DNA from: Candidatus Omnitrophota bacterium
GTDB taxonomy: Bacteria > Omnitrophota > Gorgyraeia > Gygaellales > JAHJCI01
Length of the DNA: 34,436 nucleotides
Direction of reading: 5' to 3'
Assembly (NCBI GenBank): GCA_029932935.1
Contig: JAOZPD010000004.1
Span: forward strand, 1 to 34,436
In this document: positions 15,122 through 24,452 of the stretch, piece by piece
Position numbering within the stretch: position 1 is the first letter of the stretch
Layout: the number at the start of each line of letters is the position of its first letter
Program-made: the position numbers and the translations under genes
Notes under the pieces: model-generated
Seen by the model: only the letters and a program-made list of their open reading frames with translations
Databases searched by the model: none
What the model was told of the DNA's origin: nothing

Positions 15122-15150
15122 ATTATATCAAAGAGAGAGGCCCCTGTAAA
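15122..15150 (-). promoter_or_regulatory. Near-consensus sigma70 promoter abutting the uvrA start codon (predicts a leaderless or near-leaderless mRNA)
   Basis: Minus strand: TTTACA (15150..15145), 17 nt, TATAAT (15127..15122). Only 8 nt separate the -10 from the ATG at 15113, and there is no SD. Confidence 0.5.
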
Positions 15151-15198
15151 TTATCCGCCTTCTCTGGACATACAGGACAGATAAACTCTACAGGGGCC
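15139..15198 (-). repeat. 10-bp GC-rich inverted repeat / long stem-loop between the 81-aa gene and uvrA
   Basis: GGCCCCTGTA (15139..15148) pairs with TACAGGGGCC (15189..15198). An inner UUAUC/GAUAA helix extends it. The left arm overlaps the predicted uvrA -35. It could be a terminator of the upstream gene or an operator. Confidence 0.5.
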
Positions 15199-15322
15199 AC
15201 AGTAACTCTCCACATGGAGTCCAGCTACTATTTTATAACAATATTTTATAACTGGAGCCCATTATGCATGAGACGGTTTCTTCACTCTATATCTTTAACT
15301 TCTTCTACTTATGTAAGTTATG

Positions 15323-15568
15323 TTATCTCTTTTTCTTTCTTTTCTTGCCGCCTCTTTTCATTTTGACACAGGAAACATCACCCTGTTTGTCAATAAAGTA
15401 AAGATAACCCTCTTTTCTTTTTATTCCGCACTTGGCTACCTTTGTGGGGCTGCCTCCTTTAGATTTACCGCGTGCCATTTTAGCGCAAGAGACATCGCCC
15501 TTCTTATCCAAGTAATAAAGGTAACCCTTCTTTCTTTTGATGCCTAACTTTACTACCTTCTGGGCCAT
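15323..15568 (-). CDS. Small, highly basic protein built from two ~35-aa tandem repeats (hypothetical)
   Basis: 81 aa. Repeat 1 is [30 protein letters not shown]; repeat 2 is [30 protein letters not shown]. Lys/Arg-rich linker and tail (GGKKRKKKR). A 12-nt SD GAAAGGAGGUGA sits 6 nt upstream of the ATG. Confidence 0.7.
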   Translation of the reverse strand: MAQKVVKLGIKRKKGYLYYLDKKGDVSCAKMARGKSKGGSPTKVAKCGIKRKEGYLYFIDKQGDVSCVKMKRGGKKRKKKR

Positions 15569-15704
15569 ATTGTCTCACCTCCTTTCTCTACTGACTGATT
15601 TTTTAGAGTTATCACTTTCTACTACATCCTATTTAACTGGAAGATGCATACTATTGTTGCATTTCCTATTTCGATTAAAAGAACGCGATACTCGGAAATC
15701 TTAC

Positions 15705-16526
15705 CTACGTTCCCACCTTTAGTGGTCGCAGAATCTGCCTCAAGACTGCAATTGCCGAAAGAACAGCCAAGAAACTTGTCCTTGGATTATGAGGATGTAA
15801 TAAATTCTCAACCCTACTCGATATCTTACCAGCATCAGACTCAATATAAACCTCGTGGATGTTTCTTTTTACCATAGGAGAAGCCACGATCTTAACCCGT
15901 GTCTTCGATCGTCCAATACCAGCAATACTCAATGTGGCAGCAACATTAATATTCTGGGGAAATAACCTAATTGCCTGACGAGCATTACCAGAAAACAGCA
16001 CGGTATCCCTTTTAATCTTATCAAGCCTTATTCCTCTCTTTCTTATATACTCTGTATCCTTAAAAGACCTGGGATTCTTACGAGTGGTAAGGATTATCTT
16101 TTTTACTTTATTATGAGATACCGCCTTTAGGGAATCAACACCACAAATTGCTCCACTGGGGATATAAATATGCGCATTTTTTCTCTCAGCTAAAGTCTCT
16201 AATTGCTTGACGTGGTCAATTATTCCGCCTACACTCATAATAATAATATCTCGCCCCTTCCTCAGAACCCTCTTGGCGATAGAAAGACAACTGCCTGCAT
16301 CTGCGGCCTCTATTACTAAATTAGTCTTCTCTATCAAATGTTCTAAGGAACAACATACTACTGTCCTGGCCTTTAATTTCTTAGCTAAATAAGATGCCCT
16401 GTTCTCTTTGATATCGTATAAAGCTGTTAATTCTGCCTGGTTAGCAAAATTGCTCACTATCGCTTTTGCCAGAGAAGTCCCTATCGCTCCGCAACCAACA
16501 ATTCCTATCTTCAGTTTATTAATCAT
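15705..16526 (-). CDS. nadX: L-aspartate dehydrogenase
   Basis: 273 aa. Rossmann motif IGIVGCGAIG. The C-terminal half (..PSGAICGVDSLKA.., ..FPQNINVAATLSIAG.., ..NIHEVYIESDAGKIS.., ..NPRTSFLAVLSAIAVLR..) closely parallels the Thermotoga TM1643-type aspartate dehydrogenase. Confidence 0.85.
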   Translation of the reverse strand: MINKLKIGIVGCGAIGTSLAKAIVSNFANQAELTALYDIKENRASYLAKKLKARTVVCCSLEHLIEKTNLVIEAADAGSCLSIAKRVLRKGRDIIIMSVGGIIDHVKQLETLAERKNAHIYIPSGAICGVDSLKAVSHNKVKKIILTTRKNPRSFKDTEYIRKRGIRLDKIKRDTVLFSGNARQAIRLFPQNINVAATLSIAGIGRSKTRVKIVASPMVKRNIHEVYIESDAGKISSRVENLLHPHNPRTSFLAVLSAIAVLRQILRPLKVGT

Positions 16527-16640
16527 AATAACCTGGCAATCATCTTACATAATGAAAAATTACTTTAGCAACCCCATCATTGTATTCTGATAGCCTATAA
16601 ATAATAGCGCTAAATTTAATGCTTACCAAATTAATAATTA

Positions 16641-17498
16641 CTATAAACCTCTTGTTGGATTCACAATAATATTGTCAATCAATCTGGTGTTGCCGATATA
16701 TACCGCCAGAGCAATCAAAGTCCTCTGTTTAACTTTCTCTACCGGCTTCAGGGTGTTTAAATCAACAATATTTATATATTGGATCTGTGCATATTTATTT
16801 TTCTTTATGATACCTCGCATCCGACGAATAATCAACCGCGAATCATTTATACCCTGATTTACCATCTGTTTTGCCTTCCTTAATGATTCAAATAAGATAC
16901 TGGCGCCTTCTCTCTCTGTATGTGTCAAATACCTATTACGAGAGCTCAGGGCTAAACCATCCGAGTCTCTGACTATGGGCATAATTCTTATCTTAACCGG
17001 AATATTTAAATCTCTCTTCATCTGCTGGATAATGATGGCTTGCTGAGCATCCTTTTGACCGAAATAGGCAATCTCGGGTTGAATAATATTAAAAAGTTTA
17101 GCCACTATGGTTGTTACACCTCTAAAATGCCCCGGCCTAAATCTGCCGCATAAGACATCACTCAATTCGTTTACAATAACATAAGTTTTATAATCTTCAG
17201 GATAGATCTGATTGATGCGAGGATAAAAGATGATATCAACGCCCTCCCCCTTACAAAGAGATATGTCTTTCGATAGGTCACGGGGATATCGCTCAAAATC
17301 CTCTCCAGGAGCAAACTGAGTGGGATTAACAAAAATACTCACCACAACAACATCGTTATCCTTACGTGCCTGTTTAATTAAACTCAAATGCCCATCATGA
17401 AGAGCGCCCATCGTAGGCACAAAACCAACGCTCTTACCATCCCTCCTTAAGTTTGCAGAGATTGTCTGCATTTTCTTAATACTCTGGATAATCCTCAT
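16641..17498 (-). CDS. panC: Pantoate--beta-alanine ligase
   Basis: 285 aa. It has PTMGALHDGHLSLI (HIGH-like) and FVNPTQF motifs. Confidence 0.95.
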   Translation of the reverse strand: MRIIQSIKKMQTISANLRRDGKSVGFVPTMGALHDGHLSLIKQARKDNDVVVVSIFVNPTQFAPGEDFERYPRDLSKDISLCKGEGVDIIFYPRINQIYPEDYKTYVIVNELSDVLCGRFRPGHFRGVTTIVAKLFNIIQPEIAYFGQKDAQQAIIIQQMKRDLNIPVKIRIMPIVRDSDGLALSSRNRYLTHTEREGASILFESLRKAKQMVNQGINDSRLIIRRMRGIIKKNKYAQIQYINIVDLNTLKPVEKVKQRTLIALAVYIGNTRLIDNIIVNPTRGL

Positions 17499-17968
17499 CG
17501 CCTTTTACTCATCTTATCTCTAACAATGCGCTTAGTTTTTCTCTTTAGCTTTTTTACTATCTGGGGAGCAATCTCCATTAATGGTTTCATTACAAATTCT
17601 CGTTCAAACATACGAGGATGAGGAATACAAAGAGAATCTTCATTTATAGTAATGTTTCCGTAGAGCAGAATATCCAAATCGATATTTCGCGGCTCATTCT
17701 TCACTGTACGTATTCTACCCAGATCATATTCAATCTTCTGTAATCTCTTCAACAATTCATGAGGAGACAGATTAGTCCTAATCTCAACTACACAATTTAA
17801 ATAAGGACCCTGCGGGGGTATATCCTTTGGCTCAGGTGCAGTTTCAATAACTGTGGATATTTTGGTAACCCGCGTTCCCGTTAGTAACCTTATTCTCTTT
17901 ATGGCTGTATTGATATAATATTGCCTATCTCCTAAATTTGAACCAAGACCAATGTAAGAAATTACCAT
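17495..17968 (-). CDS. folK: 2-amino-4-hydroxy-6-hydroxymethyldihydropteridine pyrophosphokinase (HPPK)
   Basis: 157 aa. It has YIGLGSNLGDR, RNIDLDILLYG and IPHPRM motifs, a basic C-terminal tail, and a 4-nt overlap with panC. Confidence 0.92.
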   Translation of the reverse strand: MVISYIGLGSNLGDRQYYINTAIKRIRLLTGTRVTKISTVIETAPEPKDIPPQGPYLNCVVEIRTNLSPHELLKRLQKIEYDLGRIRTVKNEPRNIDLDILLYGNITINEDSLCIPHPRMFEREFVMKPLMEIAPQIVKKLKRKTKRIVRDKMSKRR

Positions 17969-19149
17969 CTCTTCAATCTTACTAGGGCTTCCCGTATCCT
18001 CTCTTTATCAATGGTAAGAGCGAAACGAACATAACCCTCTCCGTATCTACCGAATCCTCTACCTGGTGTAACTACAATGCCTATTCTTTTCAAAAGCTCT
18101 TTAGCAAAAAAGATAGAATTGGAAATTTTAGTTTTATTTAATAATAGATAGCGATTGGGTATTTTAGCCCAGATATAAAAAGTTGCTTTCGGTCTAACTA
18201 TCTGCCACCCCAGAGAGCGCAATCCATCCACTAATATATCTCTTCTCTCCTGATAGAGGCGGCGAATTTTATCAGTTTGGGTTCGAGATTTTGTTAAGGC
18301 TGTCACTCCGGCAATCTGAATAGCGGTAAATATCCCCGAGTCTATATTTGATTTTATCCTGCCTAATGCACTTATCAAATTCTTATTTCCACATACCCAA
18401 CCAATACGCCAACCAGTCATATTATAGGTTTTGGAAAGAGAGTGAAACTCCACGCCTACTCCTTTGGCTCCTTTAACCTGGAGAAAACTAGGCATACTGA
18501 ATCCATCAAAGCTTATCTCGGAATAAGCTAAATCAGATATAACTACTATATTGTATCTTTCGGCAAAACGAACTACTTCTTGATAAAACTCTTTTGTGGC
18601 TACTGCGGAGGTAGGATTATTAGGATAATTTATATAAAGCAACCTTGCCTTGTTTAGAATACCAGTAGATATTCTTTTAAGTTCCGGCAAGAAATCATTC
18701 CTCTCTAATAATGGCAACGAATACACCCTACCACCAGCTAATATTGTTCCACCCCTATAAGGTGGATAGCAGGGGTCTGGAATAAGAGAGTAATCTCCGG
18801 GGTTAAGGATACCCAGAGGAAAATGAGCAATCCCCTCCTTGGAGCCTATGAGAGGCAAAATCTCTGTCTCTGGATTAAGCGATACCTTAAAGCGCTGTTT
18901 GTACCACGCTGCAATTGCTTGCCGTAAAGCGGGAATACCATTATCCAATGCGTACCTATGCGTAGCCGGTTTATGTGCGGATTTGACGAGCGCATCAATT
19001 ATATAACGGGGCGTAGGACAATCAGGGTCTCCTATACCAAAATCAATAATATCCTTACCTAATAGCCTTGCCTTTCTTTTAGCGCGATCTATTTCTACAA
19101 AAAGATATGGTGGTAATATTTTTAGACGAGTGGAAATCTTAATCCGCAT
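17962..19149 (-). CDS. dapL: LL-diaminopimelate aminotransferase (class I aminotransferase, DapL type)
   Basis: 395 aa. It has LPPYLFVEIDRAK..DIIDFGIGDPD at the N-terminus and SLSKTYNMTGWRIGW as the PLP-Lys motif. It sits directly downstream of dapA-dapB, and no dapD/C/E genes are present. Confidence 0.8.
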   Translation of the reverse strand: MRIKISTRLKILPPYLFVEIDRAKRKARLLGKDIIDFGIGDPDCPTPRYIIDALVKSAHKPATHRYALDNGIPALRQAIAAWYKQRFKVSLNPETEILPLIGSKEGIAHFPLGILNPGDYSLIPDPCYPPYRGGTILAGGRVYSLPLLERNDFLPELKRISTGILNKARLLYINYPNNPTSAVATKEFYQEVVRFAERYNIVVISDLAYSEISFDGFSMPSFLQVKGAKGVGVEFHSLSKTYNMTGWRIGWVCGNKNLISALGRIKSNIDSGIFTAIQIAGVTALTKSRTQTDKIRRLYQERRDILVDGLRSLGWQIVRPKATFYIWAKIPNRYLLLNKTKISNSIFFAKELLKRIGIVVTPGRGFGRYGEGYVRFALTIDKERIREALVRLKRW

Positions 19150-19859
19150 TATCTTAATACATCCTGCATTGAATAGAGACCAGCCGGTTTATTAACAATC
19201 CACCTTGCGGCCTTTAAGGCACCAAGAGCAAATAAATCACGGGAGTGCGCCCGATGAATCAACTCTATACGCTCGGAATTACCACAAAATATTATTGTAT
19301 GTTCGCCAACTATATCTCCCAATCTTACAGCGTGGATTGGTATCTCTTTTCTTGTAGTATCAGCAAGAATCTCTCCCATCTTCTTTGCCGTACCCGAAGG
19401 AGCATCCCTCTTAGCTCGATGATGCGATTCAATTATCTCAATGTCATAATCAGGGCCTAATCTCTTAGCAATCTCAGAAAGTAAACCAAATAAGACATTC
19501 ACCCCTACAGACATATTTGGAGAGAAAACAATAGGAATAAATTTAGAAGCATCATTCAGTTTTTTTAGTTGCTCGGAATCAAAACCAGTAGTCCCCACAA
19601 CCATTGCCTTCTTATATCGCTGAACATAATCAAGATTAGATATAGTAGCCTGTGGAGTAGTAAAATCAATAAGAACATCTACCAAGAATATGCCATCCGG
19701 ATTGGAGGAAATCTTAATCTTCCCTATCTCTCTCCCAATCAAGGGAGTGCCTTTTTTTTCCAAGGCTAAATTAATCTCAAAGTCCTTATCCCGCCGTGCC
19801 AACTCTATAATCCGCTGCCCCATCCTTCCACAGGCTCCAGCAACACCCAGTTTTATCAT
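19149..19859 (-). CDS. dapB: 4-hydroxy-tetrahydrodipicolinate reductase
   Basis: 236 aa. It has GVAGACGRMG for NAD(P) binding and the E.HH..K.DAPSGTA motif. Confidence 0.95.
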   Translation of the reverse strand: MIKLGVAGACGRMGQRIIELARRDKDFEINLALEKKGTPLIGREIGKIKISSNPDGIFLVDVLIDFTTPQATISNLDYVQRYKKAMVVGTTGFDSEQLKKLNDASKFIPIVFSPNMSVGVNVLFGLLSEIAKRLGPDYDIEIIESHHRAKRDAPSGTAKKMGEILADTTRKEIPIHAVRLGDIVGEHTIIFCGNSERIELIHRAHSRDLFALGALKAARWIVNKPAGLYSMQDVLR

Positions 19860-19926
19860 TTAACCCCCTTTATATAGTTATAGTATAATTAAGGTCTCTT
19901 GAATTATGGCAATTGTGGTTATGGCT

Positions 19927-20802
19927 TTATAATAATCCATATTCCCTCAATGCCAGCTTCAGTCTTTTTAAATTTGAATTTGACATTCTGCATAGAGGTA
20001 ATCTCAAATCAGGTTCACATAGGCCAAGTAAACCCATTGCCGTTTTTATGGGGATTGGATTAGTTTCAATAAACATTGCTTTAACCAATGGCAATAGTTT
20101 ATAATGTAACACCTGGGCCTTCCTAATATTACCCCGCAAGAAAGCCTCAATCATGGCAGATACATCTCTGGGTACTATATTAGCCACCACAGAGATTACA
20201 CCTACGCCACCTATAGCTAAGAGAGGCAATGTTAAAGCATCGTCCCCAGATATTAAATCAAAACCCGAGCCACACAATTTTTTTATACGCGACATCTGAT
20301 CTAAGCTGCCGGAGGCCTCTTTCACGCCAACAATATTTTTACAATCATTGGCTAATCTAGCTATAGTTTGAGGCTCAATATTTATTCCGGTGCGGGAAGC
20401 AATATTGTAGAGGATTACCGGAATATCAATACTTTTGGCAACTGTTTTAAAATGCAAGTATAAACCTTCTTGAGAAGGTTTATTGTAGTATGGAGATACT
20501 AATAACACTGCATCGGCACCCACTCTCTGCGCATGTATAGATAACTCCACCGCCTCCTGGGTGCTATTTGAACCAGTCCCAGCAATTATCGGTATTTTCT
20601 TCTTAGCCGCCTCAACGGTAACTGCAACTACTCTCTTGTGCTCCTGCATAGTTAAAGTGGGAGACTCCCCGGTTGTGCCACAAGGCACAATACCTGAGGT
20701 GCCATTTTTAATCTGGAACTGCACCAATCTCGCTAGCGCCCTTTCATCAATCTCTCCTTTTTTAAACGGCGTGACAATCGCTACGATTGAACCCCTAAAC
20801 AT
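19927..20802 (-). CDS. dapA: 4-hydroxy-tetrahydrodipicolinate synthase
   Basis: 291 aa. It has GTTGESPTL, YYNKP and the catalytic-Lys context VGVKEASG. Confidence 0.96.
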   Translation of the reverse strand: MFRGSIVAIVTPFKKGEIDERALARLVQFQIKNGTSGIVPCGTTGESPTLTMQEHKRVVAVTVEAAKKKIPIIAGTGSNSTQEAVELSIHAQRVGADAVLLVSPYYNKPSQEGLYLHFKTVAKSIDIPVILYNIASRTGINIEPQTIARLANDCKNIVGVKEASGSLDQMSRIKKLCGSGFDLISGDDALTLPLLAIGGVGVISVVANIVPRDVSAMIEAFLRGNIRKAQVLHYKLLPLVKAMFIETNPIPIKTAMGLLGLCEPDLRLPLCRMSNSNLKRLKLALREYGLL

Positions 20803-21637
20803 AATACACCCCCCTATAAACTATCCTGGCCGTTCCCTCCAGCCATACATCTTTCAATCTAGCATTCGCTATGCAAAGATTTACCTTCAAGATCTCACCG
20901 CCTCTTGTATGAATATTTATATTATAATCTGAGTGCTGCATATCATGTAATGCAAATATGACTGCAGAAGCAACCGCACCCGTTCCGCAAGCCAATGTTT
21001 CATCTTCTACCCCGCGCTCGTAAGTTCTTAATTTTATATTGCTGTCATCGATTATCTGAACAAAATTAACATTTGTTCCCTCTGGTCTAAATAATGTATG
21101 AAAACGGATTTCTCTGCCCAGCCCGACAACATCAAACCTATCAATACCTTCGCATAATATTACCACATGAGGAACGCCTGTATTTATAAAATTTATCTTT
21201 ATATTTCGTTTAGCTACTTTTATCGGTAAATTCAATCTTATACCTAGCGGCTGGGGCATCTTTACCTTAACCAACTCCTTATCTATCCTGAGGGTAACAA
21301 TTCCCGCCTTAGTTTCGATATCAACAACTTTCCTCTGTTGCCATATTCTTCTTCCCTCCATCTCTTTTAACCAAAAACCAATGCAGCGTATTCCATTACC
21401 ACACATACGCGGCTCTGAACCATCCGGATTAAAAATACGCATCTTAAGATCCGCTTTTCGTGATTTCTCTATGACCAACAAACCATCTGACCCTATCCCA
21501 AATTTCCTGTCACAGATACGTCTCGCTAAAATCTTTAATTCCGCTGTGGTTATTTTAGACAGCAGATTCTGTACAACGATAAAATCATTACCAGAGGCTA
21601 CTATCTTTACAAAATCCAACTGCTTTTTTAAAGACAT
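20795..21637 (-). CDS. dapF: Diaminopimelate epimerase
   Basis: 280 aa. It has SGNDFIVV and both catalytic Cys motifs (MCGNGIRC, ACGTGA). Confidence 0.95.
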   Translation of the reverse strand: MSLKKQLDFVKIVASGNDFIVVQNLLSKITTAELKILARRICDRKFGIGSDGLLVIEKSRKADLKMRIFNPDGSEPRMCGNGIRCIGFWLKEMEGRRIWQQRKVVDIETKAGIVTLRIDKELVKVKMPQPLGIRLNLPIKVAKRNIKINFINTGVPHVVILCEGIDRFDVVGLGREIRFHTLFRPEGTNVNFVQIIDDSNIKLRTYERGVEDETLACGTGAVASAVIFALHDMQHSDYNINIHTRGGEILKVNLCIANARLKDVWLEGTARIVYRGVYYV

Positions 21638-21682
21638 ATATTTTGAAATCAGCGGTATATCTTCTTGATCCTCTTATATACC

Positions 21683-22984
21683 TTATTTATAATCAACTAT
21701 TAGTTCATTTCTAATTAAATCCCGATATGTCTCTCGCTTCCTTATAAGAAAAGCCCTATTCTTCATTATCATAACCTCGGCAGGGCGCAAACGCGAATTA
21801 TAATTGCTAGACATACTGAACCCATAAGCCCCGGCGCCCATTATAGCAAGATAATCGCCCTGCTTTAGCATAGGCAAAACTCTGCCCTTGGCGAAGAAAT
21901 CCGAACTCTCGCATATAGGTCCAACCACATCATATCTAGCCACCCTGATTGCCTCTCGTCTATTTCTCGCCTCAGTCATATTATCGGACCCGCTATCCCA
22001 TTGTCTCTTTAGCGGTAGAATATCATGATATGCACCATAAAGAGCGGGTCTGATAAGGTCATTCATCGCACCATCAACAATAACAAATTTCTTTCTTCCT
22101 GCATGCTTTAAATATAACACCCTCACTACGAATATCCCGGCATTGCCAACGATAAACCTCCCTGGCTCAAGGATAATTCTGAGCTTTGTCTTCTTTAGAA
22201 TCGGTAAAACCCTGCTGGCGAAGTCGAATGCCGTCTGTGGTGTCTCTTTATCATAAACTATACCCAGGCCACCGCCAATATTGAAATACTCTAATCTTAT
22301 CTTCTCTTTCCTTAATCTCTCTATAAATTGAGTTACCCTTGCTATTGCCTTTATAAAGGGAGAACTCTCCGTAATTTGAGAACCGATATGAATATGCAAA
22401 CCTAAAATATCAACATTACTAAATTCGTGACTATGCCGAAGAATATTATAAGCAACTTCGAAATCAACCCCGAATTTATTCGTAATCTTGCCTGTAGTAA
22501 TAAACCTGTGTGTCTCAGGACTAACATCTGGATTAATCCTTATAGCCACTCTTATTCTCTTATTAAGTATCTTGGCAATGCGGTCGATATTCTGTAATTC
22601 TGGTAGAGATTCTACATTTAAAAATAAAATCCCTAACCTGATTGCCTTCCTAATTTCTCTCGCTGTCTTACCAACAGAGGCATAAACTATCCTGCGGGGA
22701 GGACATCCAGCTTTAAGGGCCAAAAACAATTCCCCTCCAGAGACAACATCTAAGCCCGCACCATGTCTCACCAGTGTCCTGATAATACTCAGATTAGAAT
22801 TAGACTTAACAGAAAAGCAAATCAAGGGAGCAATGCTTCGGAATGCTTTCTTTAACTTCAGAAAGTGATCAAGAATAGTTTTGTAACTGTAGATATAAAG
22901 AGGTGTATCGAATTTACGGGCTATATCTTCTACTTTTAGATTTTCGCAATAAAGCTCATTCCTTATATATCTGAATTCATGCAT
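21683..22984 (-). CDS. lysA: Diaminopimelate decarboxylase
   Basis: 433 aa. PLP-dependent group IV decarboxylase pattern (FSVKSN, GGGLGI, EPGR, CESSD). Confidence 0.95.
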   Translation of the reverse strand: MHEFRYIRNELYCENLKVEDIARKFDTPLYIYSYKTILDHFLKLKKAFRSIAPLICFSVKSNSNLSIIRTLVRHGAGLDVVSGGELFLALKAGCPPRRIVYASVGKTAREIRKAIRLGILFLNVESLPELQNIDRIAKILNKRIRVAIRINPDVSPETHRFITTGKITNKFGVDFEVAYNILRHSHEFSNVDILGLHIHIGSQITESSPFIKAIARVTQFIERLRKEKIRLEYFNIGGGLGIVYDKETPQTAFDFASRVLPILKKTKLRIILEPGRFIVGNAGIFVVRVLYLKHAGRKKFVIVDGAMNDLIRPALYGAYHDILPLKRQWDSGSDNMTEARNRREAIRVARYDVVGPICESSDFFAKGRVLPMLKQGDYLAIMGAGAYGFSMSSNYNSRLRPAEVMIMKNRAFLIRKRETYRDLIRNELIVDYK

Positions 22985-23015
22985 TCCTTATTCCTTATCT
23001 TGCACTACGGACAGT

Positions 23016-24377
23016 TTATACTCTCGCTCTCTTAATCGATCTTTTAGACCTCACTGAAACTACAGGGTCAAACAATCTAATTATTTCATCCTTGGCTAAC
23101 TTTTCAGAGAATTTCTTAATTAATCTTTCTGGCATATCTTTTATAAGAACCGAGTTATCAACTGAGTATTTGACCAATCGTCCAATAATAGTATGTGCCT
23201 TCTTAAATGGTACCCCTTTATTAACAAGATAATAGACTAAATCAGTAGCATATAACGATTCATCCTTTAAATACTCCTTAATCTGCGCGCTATTAAATCT
23301 AAGCGTTCTGATTAAACCGTTCAAGACCCTTATCTCTTGAGAGGCCTTTTCAAAAGAATCAAATAAAGGCTCCTTATCCAGTTGCATATCTCTATTATAA
23401 GTAAACGGTAACCCTTTCATCATAATTAAAACACTTACAAGATTACCGGTTAATCTTCCGGAGTATCCTCTTATTAACTCTAATACATCGGGATTCTTTT
23501 TATGGGGCATAAGCGAACTTCCAGTGCAGAAAGATTCATCTATATCAACAAAATTGAATTCCTTTGTTGACCATATAATCAAATCCTCGGCAAATCTTGA
23601 CAGATGTATACCAATAATAGATAAAATATTTAATAACTCAATTACAAAATCTCTATCGCTTACTGAATCTAAGGAATTGATAGTTGCTTTAATATTAAAT
23701 TCAGAGAACTCCTTATATTTTTTTAAGATCTTTGATGCGCCTGAAGCGTACTTTGCATAATTAATCGGTGTACCTGCCAGAGCACCTGCACCCAATGTGA
23801 TATTTATATTATTTGCAACATATGCCAATCGGGATTTATCCCTCTCCAGCATCTCTACATACATTTTGAGGTAATCTTTTAAATACACCGGCTGAGCGTG
23901 TTGCATATGAGTAAAGCCCGGAATAATAATATCACGATGTCTCTGTGCCAGACTAATTATAGACTTTTTTAATCCTATTATATCTCTTAGCAAATCCCTA
24001 GCGGCCACCTTACAATAGCACTTTGTTGCAAAGACTACCTGGTCATTCCTGGATCTGGCCGTATGAAGCTTCAGAGCTAAATCTCCAACTATTTTCTGTA
24101 ATTGATAATGAATATATGTATGTATGTCCTCGTATTTATTATTTATTCTAAATTCTCCCTTATCGAACTGCCTATAGACAGACTGTAGTCCAAGATGAAG
24201 CCGATTTGCCTCAAATGAAGAAAGAAAGCCACTCTCCTTCAGTATCTCAACATGCAAAGCTGAACCTAATAAATCAAACTTAGCCAGCTTATAGTCATAT
24301 TGAATTGACTTAGCAAACTCCTCAACCGATAAATCAGTCTTCTTGCTAAACCTACCTCCCCATAATTTCTCAACCAT
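23016..24377 (-). CDS. argH: Argininosuccinate lyase
   Basis: The ORF track start at 24410 is TTG. ATG 24377 (MVEKLWGGRF..) has AAGGAG 7 nt upstream. Fumarate-lyase signature GSSLMPHKKNPD. Confidence 0.96.
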   Translation of the reverse strand: MVEKLWGGRFSKKTDLSVEEFAKSIQYDYKLAKFDLLGSALHVEILKESGFLSSFEANRLHLGLQSVYRQFDKGEFRINNKYEDIHTYIHYQLQKIVGDLALKLHTARSRNDQVVFATKCYCKVAARDLLRDIIGLKKSIISLAQRHRDIIIPGFTHMQHAQPVYLKDYLKMYVEMLERDKSRLAYVANNINITLGAGALAGTPINYAKYASGASKILKKYKEFSEFNIKATINSLDSVSDRDFVIELLNILSIIGIHLSRFAEDLIIWSTKEFNFVDIDESFCTGSSLMPHKKNPDVLELIRGYSGRLTGNLVSVLIMMKGLPFTYNRDMQLDKEPLFDSFEKASQEIRVLNGLIRTLRFNSAQIKEYLKDESLYATDLVYYLVNKGVPFKKAHTIIGRLVKYSVDNSVLIKDMPERLIKKFSEKLAKDEIIRLFDPVVSVRSKRSIKRARV

Positions 24378-24452
24378 AATTAATCTCCTTATTTTCTGCT
24401 GATGTGGCAATCAAATACAACTAGCAACCAGATTAACTAGATAGGTACTTCT

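Noticed and set aside
15139-15200. A LexA/SOS box upstream of uvrA (CTGT..ACAG-like strings within the inverted repeat).
   Set aside because: The spacing does not fit CTGT-N8-ACAG or the other LexA box types I know. It is recorded only as an unexplained inverted repeat.
15120-15215. A 31-codon minus-strand ORF ([30 protein letters not shown]) upstream of uvrA.
   Set aside because: It has no SD. It is made up almost entirely of the arms of the 10-bp inverted repeat and overlaps the predicted uvrA promoter, so it is probably an artefact of the hairpin sequence.
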